NCBI GenBank assembly: GCA_010356995.1
Contig: ML996698.1
Span: forward strand, 555,923-619,922
Source: Trichodelitschia bisporula
Lineage: Eukaryota
Reading direction: 5' to 3'
DNA length: 64,000 nt
Under the pieces are notes generated by a model. The model had not been told where the DNA came from, ran no database searches, and saw only the letters and a program-made list of their open reading frames with translations. Positions 11,230 through 24,731 of the stretch are shown here, piece by piece (within the stretch, counting starts at the first letter, position 1; every line of letters begins with the position of its first letter). Position numbers and translations under genes: made by a program.

Positions 11230-13209
11230 ATGGCCCTTCCCATACAACCCACGTCGCGATGGCGATGGGGACTGGCGTGGATGGTGTTTGGCCTGATGGC
11301 CTCGCTGTCGCCGGTTATGGCGGATAAAACGTCAGCCGACTACTTTGTGAGCTCGTTACCTGGAGCGCCAGGTGGGCCTCTGCTGAAAATGCATGCTGGG
11401 TGAGTCTTACAAATGTTTTCTCGACGTTGGACTGAATGTGGTAGGCACATCGAGATTACGCCTGAGCACCACGGGAACCTGTTCTTCTGGCATTTTCAAA
11501 ACAGACATTTGGCAGACAGGCCGCGCACTGTAATATGGCTCAACGGTGGCCCTGGATGCAGCTCAGAGGACGGAGCTATGATGGAAATCGGCCCATACCG
11601 AGTGCGCAAGGGCGGAAAGTTGGAGTTGATAGACGGTTCATGGGACGAGTTTGCCAACCTCCTCTTCGTCGACAACCCCGTGGGTACCGGCTTCAGCTAT
11701 GTGGATACCGACAGCTACGTCAGCGAACTGGACGAGATGGCCTCGCAGTTCGTACAGTTCTTGGAGAAGTGGTTTTCGATCTTCCCGGAGTACAAGATGG
11801 ACGACGTAGGCTGCCGCTTCCCTTCCGCTAATTATACTGACTCTTGCTAGATCTACCTTGCCGGCGAGTCTTATGCTGGTCAACACATCCCGTACATCGC
11901 TCGCGCCATCCTTGACCGCAATAAGGGCCATCAAGCTGATTCGTGGAACCTTCAAGGTCTTATCATCGGTAACGGTTGGATCTCTGGTGTTCATCAGTAT
12001 CCGTCCTACCTCCAGTATGCCTACGAACATGGGCTCGTCAAGGCTGGGACGGAAGAAGCGACGCAGATCGAAAGGCAACAGTTGCTCTGCCAGGAAGAGC
12101 TCTCGAAGGGTGGCAAGGATCATGTCGATGTCTCGGCATGTGAGGATATCCTGCAAGAGATCTTGGTGGCGACTTCCACCAAGAAGGGAGATACCCAGAT
12201 GTGCCTGAACATGTATGACGTCCGCCTGCGGGACGAGTACCCCAGCTGTGGTATGAACTGGCCACCCGATCTGCCAGACGTCACGAGCTACCTCCGCCGC
12301 AGGGATGTCATCGACGCTCTACACGTTAACCCGGACAAGCGCACGGGGTGGATGGAATGCAACGGCGCTGTGGGCAGTGCATTCAACGCCCGCGACTCTA
12401 AGCCGTCCTACCAGCTCCTCTCGGGCCTGCTAGCCGAAGTGCCCATCATCCTCTTTTCCGGCGACCAGGACCTGATCTGCAACCACATCGGCACCGAAGA
12501 ACTCATCCACGACCTGGAATTCAACGGCGGCAAGGGCTTCGAAATCTCACCAGGCGTGTGGGCACCGCGGCGCGCATGGGAATTCGAAGGCGAACCCGCG
12601 GGCATCTACCAGGAGGCGCGCAACCTTACGTACATCAAGTTCTACAACTCCTCGCACATGGTGCCCTTCGACTACCCGCGCCGCTCGCGTGATATGCTCG
12701 ACCGCTTCATGGGCGTCGACATCGCCAGCATCGGCGGCATCCCGACGGACTCCCGCATCGACGGCGAGAAGGGCCCGCAGACATCCGTCGGCGGACACAC
12801 CAACAGCACCGCTGCGGAGAAGGAGCAGTCTACTAAGCTACAGGAGGCGACCTGGCGTGCGTACGCAAAGAGCGGCGAAATGGCCCTCGTCGTCGTCATC
12901 ATCGCTGTCTGCATTTGGGCTTACTTCGTCTGGCGCGCACGGCGGAAGCACGGCGGTTACACCGGGCTTCCCGGGTTGGTGCCCGATGGCCGGGAGGGCT
13001 TCAGGCATAAGCGTGTCACTGTGCCCGATAGGGATCTTGAGGCGGCGGACTTTGACGAGAATGAGCTGGATGATTTGGCGGAGGGCAGCGCAGCGAAGCG
13101 GGGAAGAAACGAGGATATGTACCGCGAGCGTTACAGCGTTGGCGAGGCTAGTGAGTCCGAGGAGGAAGAGGCGGAAGAGGAAGATGAAGGGAAACGACCG
13201 AGAAAATAG
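11230..13209 (+). CDS. KEX1: Pheromone-processing serine carboxypeptidase Kex1 (peptidase S10)
   Basis: Signal peptide and two introns. Motifs [20 protein letters not shown], catalytic [23 protein letters not shown]-terminal TM helix followed by an acidic cytosolic tail. Confidence 0.95.
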
Positions 13210-13536
13210 GCGCATGTGTGAAGACTTTCGGCGCTGATTGTTAGCGTATGGGGTTGGTTTTGGTGTAGACACTCTGCTAGTGCTCTGGTTTAGATGATGA
13301 GACGTGATTGCTGGGTTCTCGTTCTTGCATGCGCGAACAAGGCTAAAGCCTCGTGGGAATGGGCTTCGGTTTCGGGATGTGAGGACTGGCGTAACTTGAA
13401 ATTGATATCACGTGGCATCTGAGATTCGTCCCGAATTGACGACGGTGAACGCTACACATCCAAAAAGTTGTACCGCCAGCTTGCGCCTCTCCGGAGGTCA
13501 ACTATCAAGATATTGAGGTGAAAAACACCCAAGGGC

Positions 13537-13541
13537 AAAAA
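13537..13541 (-). terminator. Pol III oligo-T terminator of tRNA-Asp
   Basis: TTTTT on the minus strand, 3 nt past the tRNA 3' end. Confidence 0.65.
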
Positions 13542-13544
13542 GGA

Positions 13545-13616
13545 CTCTCCCGCCGGGAATCGAACCCGGGCCGTCCGCGTGACAAGCGGAAATCATGACC
13601 ACTAGACTACGGAAGA
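13545..13616 (-). tRNA. tRNA-Asp (anticodon GTC), intronless
   Basis: 72 nt: TCTTCCGTAGTCTAGTGGTCATGATTTCCGCTTGTCACGCGGACGGCCCGGGTTCGATTCCCGGCGGGAGAG. Acceptor stem TCTTCCG/CGGGAGA, anticodon arm TCCGC-TTGTCAC-GCGGA, T-loop GTTCGATTC, G discriminator. Confidence 0.96.
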
Positions 13617-14171
13617 TGGGCGAGCTGTGCTCGTCGTAGTGTGGTGAAGGCTTTGAGCTCTGTCAGTATATATATATAACAAAATAATGTACTGGTCCCA
13701 AGGCTGCTCGGAGTCCCGCGATCTTATAGCAACGGTCACTTCAAAGACTGGGACGTCATAGTAAATCACCAAGCAGGACCCTGGTTCATAGCGGACATGG
13801 GATCGTAGCCGGCATCGGAACGCAGCTCCCAATCCACATACCATTCATCACACTATATCTGCAACCCACGAAAACCGTCCCCCTCGCCATCCCAGCCATC
13901 CCAGCCACCTTCTGGGACAGCAGATACAAAGAATTGCACCCCGCCCTACTCACGCGCCAGAAACGAACGAAAGAACCAGCCCCCGCCCAATCCCGTACTC
14001 CGTACGTCAGCGAGGGCCGCAGCGCCGCCGTGCCCCAGACCCAGCGAGCCCCAAGAAAAGAAAGGAATGTATAATTCCAGCAGTGCGATGCTCCATGCAA
14101 CGAGAAAGGAAATCTTGCCGCGGTGCGGAGCCCGGCTCTGCACCTTCCTCCACAAATCAGACCCTGGACTT

Positions 14172-14682
14172 TTAGACGCGGAACTTGGCCGAGCGCCGGT
14201 AGGTACCGTAGCCCTGCGTCGGCGCAGCCTCGACGGACTTGCTCGGTGCGACGGAATTAGCGCTGCTGAGTGGCAGCGCCACGCTGCCCTTCTCGCCCGC
14301 GGGCTTGGGGAAGAGCGGGCGCGTCGCGTTCACGGGGGAGACGTCGAAGCCGCTGCTCGGGCGGAGGAGGGCGGGGCGGGTGCCCGTCGGGAAGGGGCGG
14401 CGGGAGAGGGTGCGATCGGGCTTGAGGTTCTTGGTCTTGGTCTTTGTCTCGGTGACGGTCTGGGGATGTTAGCGGGTGTAATGTGAGGAAGGAGTGGGGG
14501 GAGGGGTGCGTACCGCGGTTGCCTTGACGGTTTCAGTCACGGTCACGATGGACATGGAGGGGCAGGCGCTACCCTGGGCGTTGACGGGCGCGACAGGCGC
14601 AGGGGCACCGCCGTAGTTCGAGCCCGAGTTGGTGTTGCCGGTGTTGGACCCTGAGCCGGATCCGGAGCCAGAGCCCGAACCA

Positions 14683-14719
<37 letters not shown>

Positions 14720-15608
14720 CGGAGGCGACCTGAGTCTGCGCAGGGGCTTCATTCGCACTCGAGGCGGGGCGGGGGATAACGACGGTATGGGTGCGGGTGA
14801 GCTGGATGGTCGTGGTGCTGTCATCCATAGTCTGCTGGCGGACGGCAGTGACGGTCTTGGTCAGGGTATTGGTGACGGTGACCTCGATGGTGGTAACCTC
14901 CTCAGTAGTCACGGTGCCATAGGTGCGCGTGATGGTCTTTGCCGTCTTGCTGATGCTGAGCTCTAGGTTCGAGTCCGCAGTGGTCTGCGGCGCGAGGCTC
15001 GTGCTGCAGGGCGTCATTTCAGCGCCCGAGATGCCCGTAAAGTAGACGACGAAGGTCTTGGTGATGGTGCTCGTGACCGTGGCGGGCACCGTCTTCGTGG
15101 ACGTACCGTTCACGACGAAGAGAGAAGTATAGACCGTGGTCAGAGCCGTGGTGACGCTCGTGCTCGTCGACGTCGCAACAAAGCGGGTCGAGATGTTGGC
15201 CGGGAGGATCGCGTCCGTCAAGTTCACGTTGGGCTTCGCGAATCCGCCAGTCGGGCGGGCGAACCCACCACTCGGGGGTGCGAACCCGGACGGCTTGGAA
15301 CCCTTGGGCGGTTGCACCCCCTTTGCGGCATCCACTTCGACGCCGCTGGAGCTCACCGGGGCGGAGCTCGACACCGAGCTGGCCGGGCCATAGCCGTACG
15401 CACTCGGTGAGACGGCCGCCGCATCGACGACGGCGCTGCTGGCCGGGGCCGAGCTGGCCGGGCCGTAGCCGTACTCGATGGCCGGGGCGGCTGATGGGGC
15501 AACCGGTGCTACCGGGGCAACGGGCCGACCTTCGGGTGATGTCGAGTTCAAGCTCTTCGCAGCAGAGATGGTCGCCAGAACGGCGAGGGAGAGAGACTTG
15601 AAGAGCAT
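14172..15608 (-). CDS. Secreted Ser/Thr/Pro-rich low-complexity (mucin or cell-wall-like) protein
   Basis: Signal peptide MLFKSLSLAVLATISAA, two YGYGPASS repeats, Thr-rich segments and a (GS)n run. One intron at ~14513..14460 (GTACGC..CTAAC..CAG) leads to a last exon ending QGYGTYRRSAKFRV*. Confidence 0.82.
14683..14718. repeat. (GAGCCT)6 coding hexamer repeat encoding Gly-Ser
   Basis: Six perfect copies, flanked by degenerate copies. Confidence 0.9.
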
Positions 15609-18600
15609 TTTGCTGATATATCAAGTCGGATTCAAGTGTTCCTATTGGTCGAGACCTTCAGGGGAAGGGAGAGTATTGCGAAGTCCGGCCTGGGACGAGA
15701 TAGAGAGCAAACGGAAATCAATTCCGCGAGTTGAACCAGCCAAAAGGAGTGAGACTGATTGATGGAGTAAGGAGTGTAATTGCTCAAAGAGCAAAAAGGC
15801 AGGGAGTGAAGCAAAAAACCGTGGGTAGAGAAGAAGAGGGAGGGGGCGGGAACGGAGGTACACACGACCTTACATAGTCTTCCCATCGAGAGCAAGACGG
15901 CACTAAGACCTTGGACGATGAGGCGCTAGGAGTTCCAATGAAAAGACTGGCAGCATCTCTGCTTCCCACAAGCCCAACTGGCGGAGACCCCAGCAACGGT
16001 CTCTTACCGGCCGATGGGAGTGGAAATCAACCATGAAGCAGAGGCATATGGGAAATTACCCCCCCTGTATGGAGGGGCATCCATCGCCCACTCAGCGGCG
16101 CAGATGCGGCGGCGCCGCCGGTATGGCTAGGGCGTTCGGCCAGTCACATCGCGCAGAAGGTGTTTTAGCCACTTTGCTGTCCAACGTCACAGGATCGCGG
16201 CAGGTTGAAGCTGATTTCTTTGTGTTCGGCGGGTTTGCGGTGTGGGTTTGGACAGAGTGGTTAGTAGGTAGATGCGGGAAGCGGAGAATCTGCGAAGACA
16301 CGCTAGACGGAGCAGTTAGCCCTACTTGGAATATGCTGTGATATCCCGAGCGGGAAAGCCAACATCGGAAAAGAGAAAGAAATTTGTGCGGCCAGCAACC
16401 ACCTTCCGTTGCCAGAGCTTCTTGTTACCGTGGGGGGTGCAACCAGCCGATTGGGACTATCCTAGAAAACCAGCGGGATCCCCGGTTTCTTGGTGTTTGA
16501 ACTTGGTGCTTGGGAGTTTTGCTTCACGCCCCGCCCGTCGGCCTTGAATGCCGCGCCGTTTGCCAAATCTCTCCGGCTGGTGGCCTCCGTTTACGCCATT
16601 GCCGTAGCCCGACCGGGCCTGCGAGACATGCACTCCTGCCATGCGCCACGTTGTCACAGCGTGGACAGCGGCGGTGCATGCGACCGGACCTGCAGCATGC
16701 TGTGTTCCCTTCCACGGGTTGCATACGAAAAGGATCCAGGACGAAGGAGGATGGGATGCAGCGAATGTGTGTCACTTTCCCACTTTTGAACTCTAAGTAA
16801 AGGTGAGGCTCAAAGTCTGTCAGTCTAATGAGGGATGTAGGTAGTAGTGAGCATTCCGTCCTTCGGTAGCCGAAGGAAGCCACCGGGCCGGCAGGGCTCA
16901 CGACATCGGTACCCAGCTGTGGCGCAGTCAAACCGTTTCACCATCATCCCGTGTGCCTTGGTGGGCCTGTCTTCCCCCCTCATCTCACGGAAATCTCATC
17001 GCTATTGATACGAACCACACTATTTTTGCTGTTCTTGTGCTCTCATCCCGCATCTCATCTCGCTTTCTCCTGAAGCTAGCAAACGCCAGCCTGCCTCACC
17101 AGATCCGATTCTAACAAGGCTGTGCCTTCTGCGGAGAAAGCTCCGGGACCGAGATGATGAAGTCATCAAACGCCAGATCTGCGCCGATCACACTCTGGCT
17201 CGCTCCCCATTCTAATTGCTCACGCGGCGGCAGATCAACGCTTAAGATTGCGCGGATATCAAACTGCCCCCTTTCAGACTTTGACGTGCTTTGACAAGGG
17301 ACCACGTTCCATCCCTGCCAGGGCAACAACCTATCCTATCCCGCCATCCTCATAATTTCAACGGTCCCGTTCCAAGACATGCAAAGCTTCAAAGCGGTTC
17401 TCCCTTGCGTCTCCCAAGGAAGCTTCGGCTCCTGCCAAGCGGCCTTTGGTTTCTCAGTATAAACAGCGTACCTGGATGCTCAGTTGACAGGTAAACATCT
17501 GCTCCACTACCGGCCGGCGGCCCATCGCAGTCTAGCCCAGACCCGACACTGCACGTCGGAGGAGCCTCGATTGCCGCTTGAGCCTCCGGATGCTCCCTCA
17601 TCCAGCCCATGCGCATACTTAACCCTCCGACACCCCACCCCCGTGGCCAGGCCAGGTATCCCCGACCGATACTACATGTTGCTTACAGTCTATTCAAGGT
17701 CCAACTGAAACCATTTCACCTGTCCGGTTCCGCTTCCATGAGGAGAAGCTCAGTGGGTTGACAGCTTTTGCCATGCCATGTTTGGTCCAAGTCGCAGCTG
17801 CCAATCCGGATCCCCTTTTTTGGCAACGATATCGGTGGTGACACTTGTCATTGGCGGTTTATCGCAGAAGCGCCGTTTAGAGCTGTAGGAACACGGATGT
17901 CCAAGTTGCCGGCGCAATGAATGGCACTGTGGCCGTGGAAGGCGGCTTCAGCATCGGCTCATTTACGCTCATGGCGACAACAGCGGAATCAGCGTAATGT
18001 TATGATGCGATGCAACCCGTAGGACCTGACAACCAGATGAATTTTTGCACTCTTCAACTTCTGAATTGAGATCTCAGATCCGCAATTTGGACGACAGTCA
18101 AAGGCCTGTCACATTGGTGCAAGGCCTGTTAATTCCGGCTGGCATGGCTTTGACAGACCGCTGGCGTTCTTGCTAAGGTCTTCCCAGGAGCTGAGCAATG
18201 TCAATTTGAATCAGAGAAACTGGACAGAAACAATATTACATATACTGACCTTGGTCAGACGATGCGCTTTTCGTCTTGTTCTTCTTGGAAAACAGATGAC
18301 CGCAAACTCGCAAACTCCAGCATTCAAGCACTGTTTAGAGTCGATGCTTGTTTCGTACATGTGTACTGGTGGAAACCGATGATTGTAAACCAACCCGCAC
18401 AGGCAGCATACGGTTCAACTTCCAAATGTCTATCAGGGTCCAAAGTTATAATCACCTTTCCCTGGTAACAGCTGAGGGCAGCTTTCCAAGCCGGACACTT
18501 GAAGTGGGCGGAACAACTCTGGAATCACGGCAGTGTCTCGATCTGTTACAGACCCAGTTGAGCCCTTCATGGGGAGATCCCCGCATCTGGCCCATAAAAT

Positions 18601-18834
18601 TACAGAACAAGACCAGCAAGCCGTCCAGGTATCATCAGCATCACCCAAAATCGTTGTTCATGTTCCACTCCCAGGAACCGAGCACCACACTTCGGCACCA
18701 AAAAGGTATCACAAAGACAATGATCTCACACCCTAAAAGTTCAGCGCCATTCCCCATAAAGACCGTTCACAGCGCAGTTTTTGAATCAACATTATTACAG
18801 AGCCGATAAGCAGGAGTGTCGACTTCTTTCTCTC

Positions 18835-20207
18835 CTAAAAAGCATTATAATTAGTTTTGTGAACAGGCTGCAGATCATTCGGTCCCTTATATTCGGACTC
18901 ATGCATATCGAACGACGTCCGCTGCTGAATGACAAGCTTCGTGCCAGAGCTTGACTTGAGTGTATCGAGACCGACGGTGTCGTGCTCCACATCGCCAGCG
19001 TTGCTTGTCGTACGGTTGTAGCCACTGCTCGCAGGGAAGCTGCTTCCTTTCGACGCCGTGGTCTTGGAAAGAGTCTTGACTTTGGTGAAAAGGGAACCAA
19101 ACCGGCCCTTAAAGATCGGAGCCAGGAGAGGCCGAAGGGCTGGAACGCATGCACAAATCTGATTGATTGTCAGTAACGTAATTCCCAAAGAAGAATATCA
19201 TGGTCGGAGAGGGAAAATCGTACGATTGCAACGTCATTCTCAATGGTGCAAGCTAGGAAAGCTGGAGTCTGCCACCAAGTGGCGTCGTATGTCGAGTAAA
19301 ACACCTTCCAGGCATAATAGGTCCTGATAGCACCTGCCGCCGTAACCGCGTACCCAAGAGCCAATAGGCCCGCCACGGCGTACCGCTGGCTCGGGGCCAT
19401 CTTCATGCGCAGAACCAGCGGGATTGGGAGCGTCGTCACCATGAAGTCAACCGTTGTCTTGACCGCACCACCTGCCATAGTGACAGGGCCTTCATTCATG
19501 CATTTCGCATCCGCGGGCGGAGGGAAAGTCCAGGCGGCGTGAACAGGTCTGGAAGATGGGTCAGCACAACTCGACCGACCTAAGGACAGAAATCTAGCGA
19601 CTTACATGCAGATGAATATTTGGAGGAAAAGGAAGACAAAAAATGTGGTTATATTAAAGGCGAGAGCGAGATGGAGCACCCAGCGGAACCATTTCATGGA
19701 GCTCTCGCCGATGAGGCGGTAATAGAAAGTAAATAGCGACAGAACGGTGCAGTTACCTGCGAGCATGAAAAGGATTTTGGAGACATATGCCAGCTTCAAG
19801 GAGCCTATGCGTCCGGGATTAGCCAGCTACCAGACTGCAACCGCAAGCATAAACGTACCTTCCGTCCAAGCGATGGGGATATCCCATATGTGCCTATTCC
19901 ATCCCCAGTGGAGCGCGCCTATGTTGACAACCACAACCATGGCAAACGTGAAGACCTAGACACCGTGCGGTTAGTGACAGCCTGGCGGGAAGATGGGATC
20001 ACACACGAAGGCGGCGAGAATCAAGATGTCATCGAGGCCAAACCATTTTGTGATGGTCAATCTTGTGTAGATCCTCAAAAACACAAACAGGCATGCAATT
20101 GCGAGAAAGACCGCATTGAGAATGACCAAGGTGGGTCCTTGGGTCTGCGGATTCGTGTAGTTTGGTGTCGGCCAGGCCAATATCACTTCCAACGGAGGAA
20201 CCCTCAT
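18835..20207 (-). CDS. Pth11-like (fungal rhodopsin-domain) integral membrane protein, no CFEM domain
   Basis: MRVPPLEVILAWPTPNYTNPQTQGP, LRIYTR..FGLDDILI, GWNRHIWDIP, DFMVTTLPIP, IENDVAI|ICACVPALRP. Four introns. Confidence 0.9.
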
Positions 20208-23200
20208 GGCCACGAAGGGACCTGATACCGAGTACTATCTTGGCCGAAGTGTTCCAAGTGAAGGCGGGCGGATAGGCTAGTAAGTGACGTCGAGCATCAA
20301 GGAGTCCGTGAGTAAGGAAGCCGAGAGATGGGACCGGGAGATCTAATAAGTCAGGGATGGGGTCAGTTGGATTTAAGAAATATCCCCAGTGGTGCAGGAT
20401 GCTAGTTCTAGGGTTGGACAATGTTGGGCAAATAAAGTTTAACTGCATGGTGGAATGGTTCTGTGGGTCTACTGTAACAGTGCGTAGGCATGAGGGGTGT
20501 GCCTCTGCTGTGAGGCGACATGCTTAAGGCTGCAGGTGATATGCGCTAGCGACTCGCACGCCAGCCAGACAAACCTGCAAGCGAACAGGGCCGATGGCTA
20601 CCGGTAGAAGTGCGGCCGGCTTAATGGAAGGCGGGGCGAAATGGCGACGTTTGGTGAAGTGGGGAAGGGATTATTTCTGCAGGAACGGATAAGGCGCCAT
20701 CACCGCGATGCCAGCCTCGACAAGTAGAACTAGCAAGACCAAATTGTGGCGTTAATGGACGCCGGCCTTGCGCTCCTGTGCCGTACCCTGCCGAAAGATT
20801 GACGCGGGGGAGGATGCAGGGGCCCAGCTTCGGTGAAACGCCCACTGACTTTTCAGATGCGGGAGAGTTGGCAAGATACTTGCTGACTGAAAAACTGAAA
20901 CTATCGCAACAGCTTCAACGTTGATTCCTCGATGTCTGTTGATCGTTCTCTGTTGCCCGTTGAAAGGGACTACTGGGGTGCACGGTACCTGCACGCTTGC
21001 CTAGCGCGGCTCCCTAACGAGAGGTGGGGCAAATGCCGTGAAGCTAGGAAACGCCGAAATTCGTCACGGTTTTTGATAGTGAGTTTATCGTACGGCGTGG
21101 TGTCCGCCATGAAGGCGGGGGGCGGAGGTGCAGATCCGGAGAAGTCCATGGTGAGATCAAAGGGCCTGTGCCACTCGCGTGTATCTCTGGCCCGAGCCAA
21201 CTGTACATCCGTAGAGTAATCCACCAAAACGACATGCTTGTTGTTTTCCTGTTCTAGACTTCAGCCCTCTGGACCCGATAATCAGGATACCGTAGGACAG
21301 GAGGATTATGAAGCTTCCTTGAACCCTGAGGGTTGCCAAGTTCTTAACTAACCACATTTTTCAATGGAATGCAGGACTCCGTTCTCGAATGATAAGCTTG
21401 GCATCTCAGCAGTTCTAGTGCTGGCGGGGCTGCGCGTAATTTTCCGTCAGGTACCGGTACCGTACGTGGTTCAATGCGCAAGCGCCGCGCTTCTCGCCGA
21501 CCAGCTTGCCTAAGCAAAGCGAATTTCGGATCGCATCATAGCGCATAAAGCCGCGAAGCACGACTCAACGCGTCAAAGTTAAACTTCGAGACCATCGGCT
21601 ATTGCCCATCGTCCCATGAAGTTAGCTAGTCGTTGTCGTGCCGAGCGCATTTAGTGCCACGCTTCGTGTGCGGTGTGAGGAGCTGGTTATCACCCGAGTC
21701 AGATCCCCTGTCATCCAAAACCTAGATTCGTGCATTACATTAGATTGGACGCCTCGGGTTTCGAGTCTCAGGCTGTCGACTGAGATGAAAGCCGGCAATT
21801 CAGTGTTGGTTTGGGTCAACGTTGCGCCATTGCAAACCTTCTCCAACGTCAGGCAACTGCCATTGGCTCTGTGCGCAATATTGTTGACCGAAGTCCGTCT
21901 GGTCTGCAGCAAGATGGGGAAGAGATGATGCAAGCCTTGCAGAAAAGCACATTGCCATGCGGGGAAGCCGCCCACCATTCAGAGCTTTGACTCTCCGGTA
22001 GCTCGTCAATAGACTTTTGTCCTGCCTCTGGATGTCATGCCTTGGGGACGACGGCAGATGCTTCGTGGACTCCAGTTGGTTGACGTACGGAGTACTGTAT
22101 GCCGTTCTATTCGCACCCAAACGCTTGCCTGAGCTTGGTATGCAGTTTACTGTTGTATGAGTGAGGTGGAGCCAACAATGGGGTTGTGGTGGCACTGCCG
22201 GAGTACCTCAAGCTTCCTGGGGCGACCCCATATCCGCACCAGGGTTCCCTGCAAGCGCATCATACCCTGTCCACACCTTTGCCACATGGTGGCATTGTTC
22301 GCATCCTGAACCCAAAGCAATCATCGGACGTTGAAACATCGTATCAAACAGGACCTAGAGCCTAGGTGTCTGCTTCGTCGTCAATGCATCCAAGTACAGG
22401 CCCGTCAAAAGAGGAAACCAGCACTCTGTATCACTACCTCATCTCGATGTTGGGTCGGAGAACACATCCTTTAGCGTCCGATGCTGTGCCGTAATTTCGC
22501 GTGGCTCAGAGGAGGGAAAAGCCCCTCCACTTGCCAAGAAAAGAATGCCACTCCTTGAATGGGAAGAAGAAGAGAAGGATCAGAGAGAAAATTTGAAGAA
22601 GGCAGGGCTGCAAACTTGGTTGGCTGAAGGCTTTTCCGTCAATTTTTGATTCGCCTGTGGTACATATCAAAAGCGAGGGAAACTTCCGACAGCCGGCTGC
22701 GCTGCCCGTGGATGCCGTGCCATGCACCCCGCGCTTTGCATGAGAACGCGTCCAGAGGGTGGCGTAGATGGATAAGCGACAGGCGCTACTTCGTATATTT
22801 TGGTTGTTGTCTTTTCCTGCCCCCCTGGATACGGGCCAGAGGTTAGGTCCGGAATAATGGGTACCGCTCTTTTGGCGTTGGGTGCTTAATTCAGCCAGGA
22901 GCCACCACCGTCAGGCAGCCAGTGCATTCTTCTCGGGCTGGCAGAAGAATCATTCGAGTTGTCATACCGGGCGAGACGAATTGAGAACTCAGTCGGTAAT
23001 GCTTGTCACTTCATTCTTGGGATGTGTCCTTTGAATTTTCGGATCCAGCAGGCCTGCTTTCCGCAAGCTCAAGCATATGCGTCCATGGCGTCTTCGGAAG
23101 GGTAGCCGTTCTCCCGATACACCTGTCGAGTGACGTTGGTTCTAAACGGCTACGATAGCCCTTTGAGGATTCTCCGCAAGCTCACGGAGCATCAAGCGAC

Positions 23201-23987
23201 CAACCCTAATACCTTTTGACGGCGGGAGGTTTGCACCGGGGAGCGCATCGCGGGACATGGCTGCGCTTAGCCCTGTGAAAAGATCGGCGATTGCGATTTT
23301 TGTGGAGTAAGGGGGTCGGACCGGTGTGCGGGGAAAGGGGAAGATTCCCATCAGTAACGACGGTATTGACGGGACTAATTCCGTGCCGTAGAGACGGAAC
23401 TGCGGTCCGGTGGAATGGTCCGGATCTGCTGTGCAAGGCTTGAGGTTTGACAGGTGACATTTGAATGGAAGGAGGTTAACTTCGCTCTACCTCCGTACTG
23501 AAGACGTGAAGGAGATCGCAAAGGGACAGCCTCTATTGCCTCTGACTCTCTGAGTTCCAAGACCCAAGTCCTGGAACATTGAGCTGCAAAAGATTGCGAC
23601 ACATACGTATCGTGAAGCAGCACTTCAGCATATGCGGAAGTGCCTGGTTGATGGAAACCGGAGCTTGAGCAAGACAGAAGTGTTGATATAACAGTGCGGT
23701 ATGTGCAGCGGGGAATGAGTCTCTAGTCGATGTGATGGTCAATGATGCTAATTTTATAGGCTGTCAGTCTGCGAAGTATCTCACGATCGACCTACGGTAA
23801 ACGTTGAAGAGAACTGGTCGAACCCATGCAGCGATAAGTGATGTCAGGCCAAATTTTGCCAAGGCTGGAGCTTCCCGCAACCCGCAACTGTGAACCTGGG
23901 ACGACAGCTGGCGAAGTTCACCACCAACAGCAAAGACCCACCACCACCACAAATAGAGCAGGTTGACCTGCTAAGCACCCCGTCAAA

Positions 23988-24731
23988 ATGCCGTCCCTTA
24001 TAGTTGTCGTCTTCGCCCTGCAGGCCATAATCCACATCGTTAACAGCGTCGGCGCCGCGGCAATCAACGAAATGGTGCGTGAAGGTCTCTCCACTTTACG
24101 CGCACAAACCGTGCTAACAACCTCATAGCTGTGGGCCCTTTACAGCAAGTTTCCGACTTTGACCTCGAAAGCCGCTCAGGAGCAGATCCGGCTCCGCCGT
24201 GAAGTCGTACGACTGAAGCGCGAGTTGGGCGGCGTGAGCGCGCAGGATGACTTTGCGCGGTGGGCAAAGCTGCGGCGGCAGAATGATAAGGCAATGGCGG
24301 ACTATGAGAAGCACGGTGCGCAACCCCCCACGGATGCTATGCTATCCGCAAGCCCGGAAATGTCTTGTACAGGAGCTAACAGCATTTCAGCATCGTCTCT
24401 CACACAAACAAAAGCCACTTTTGATTATCGCGTCGGCATTCTTCGCATGTTCATCACTACCATTCCGCGTTGGGCACTGCAGTTCTGGTTTGCGCGCACA
24501 GCGATCTACTGGGTGCCGAAGGGTTGGATTCCAGGCTATGCGGAGTGGCTGTTGTCCTTCCCTACCGCCCCTCGCGGCAGCGTCAGTATACATGTGTGGG
24601 CTTTGGCATGTGCAAGCGTTGTGAGCTTGATCGGGGAAGCCGTCACTGCAGCGATTGCAATTGGACTAGGAAGCAAGGCACAGGGAGCAGAAGTGGAGCC
24701 CGAGCCAGCAAAGGCGAAAAAGGACCTATGA
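23988..24731 (+). CDS. GET1: ER insertase subunit Get1 (WRB/CHD5 family)
   Basis: N-terminal TM segment MPSLIVVVFALQ, coiled coil with SAQDDFARWAKLRRQNDK, and WVPKGWIPGYAEWLLSFPTAPRGSVSIHVW. Two introns. Confidence 0.93.

Noticed and set aside
14172..15608. Possible Kex2-processed repeat peptide (KEP/RiPP) precursor next to KEX1
   Set aside because: The repeats are not flanked by dibasic KR/RR sites, and no DUF3328 or tyrosinase genes are nearby.
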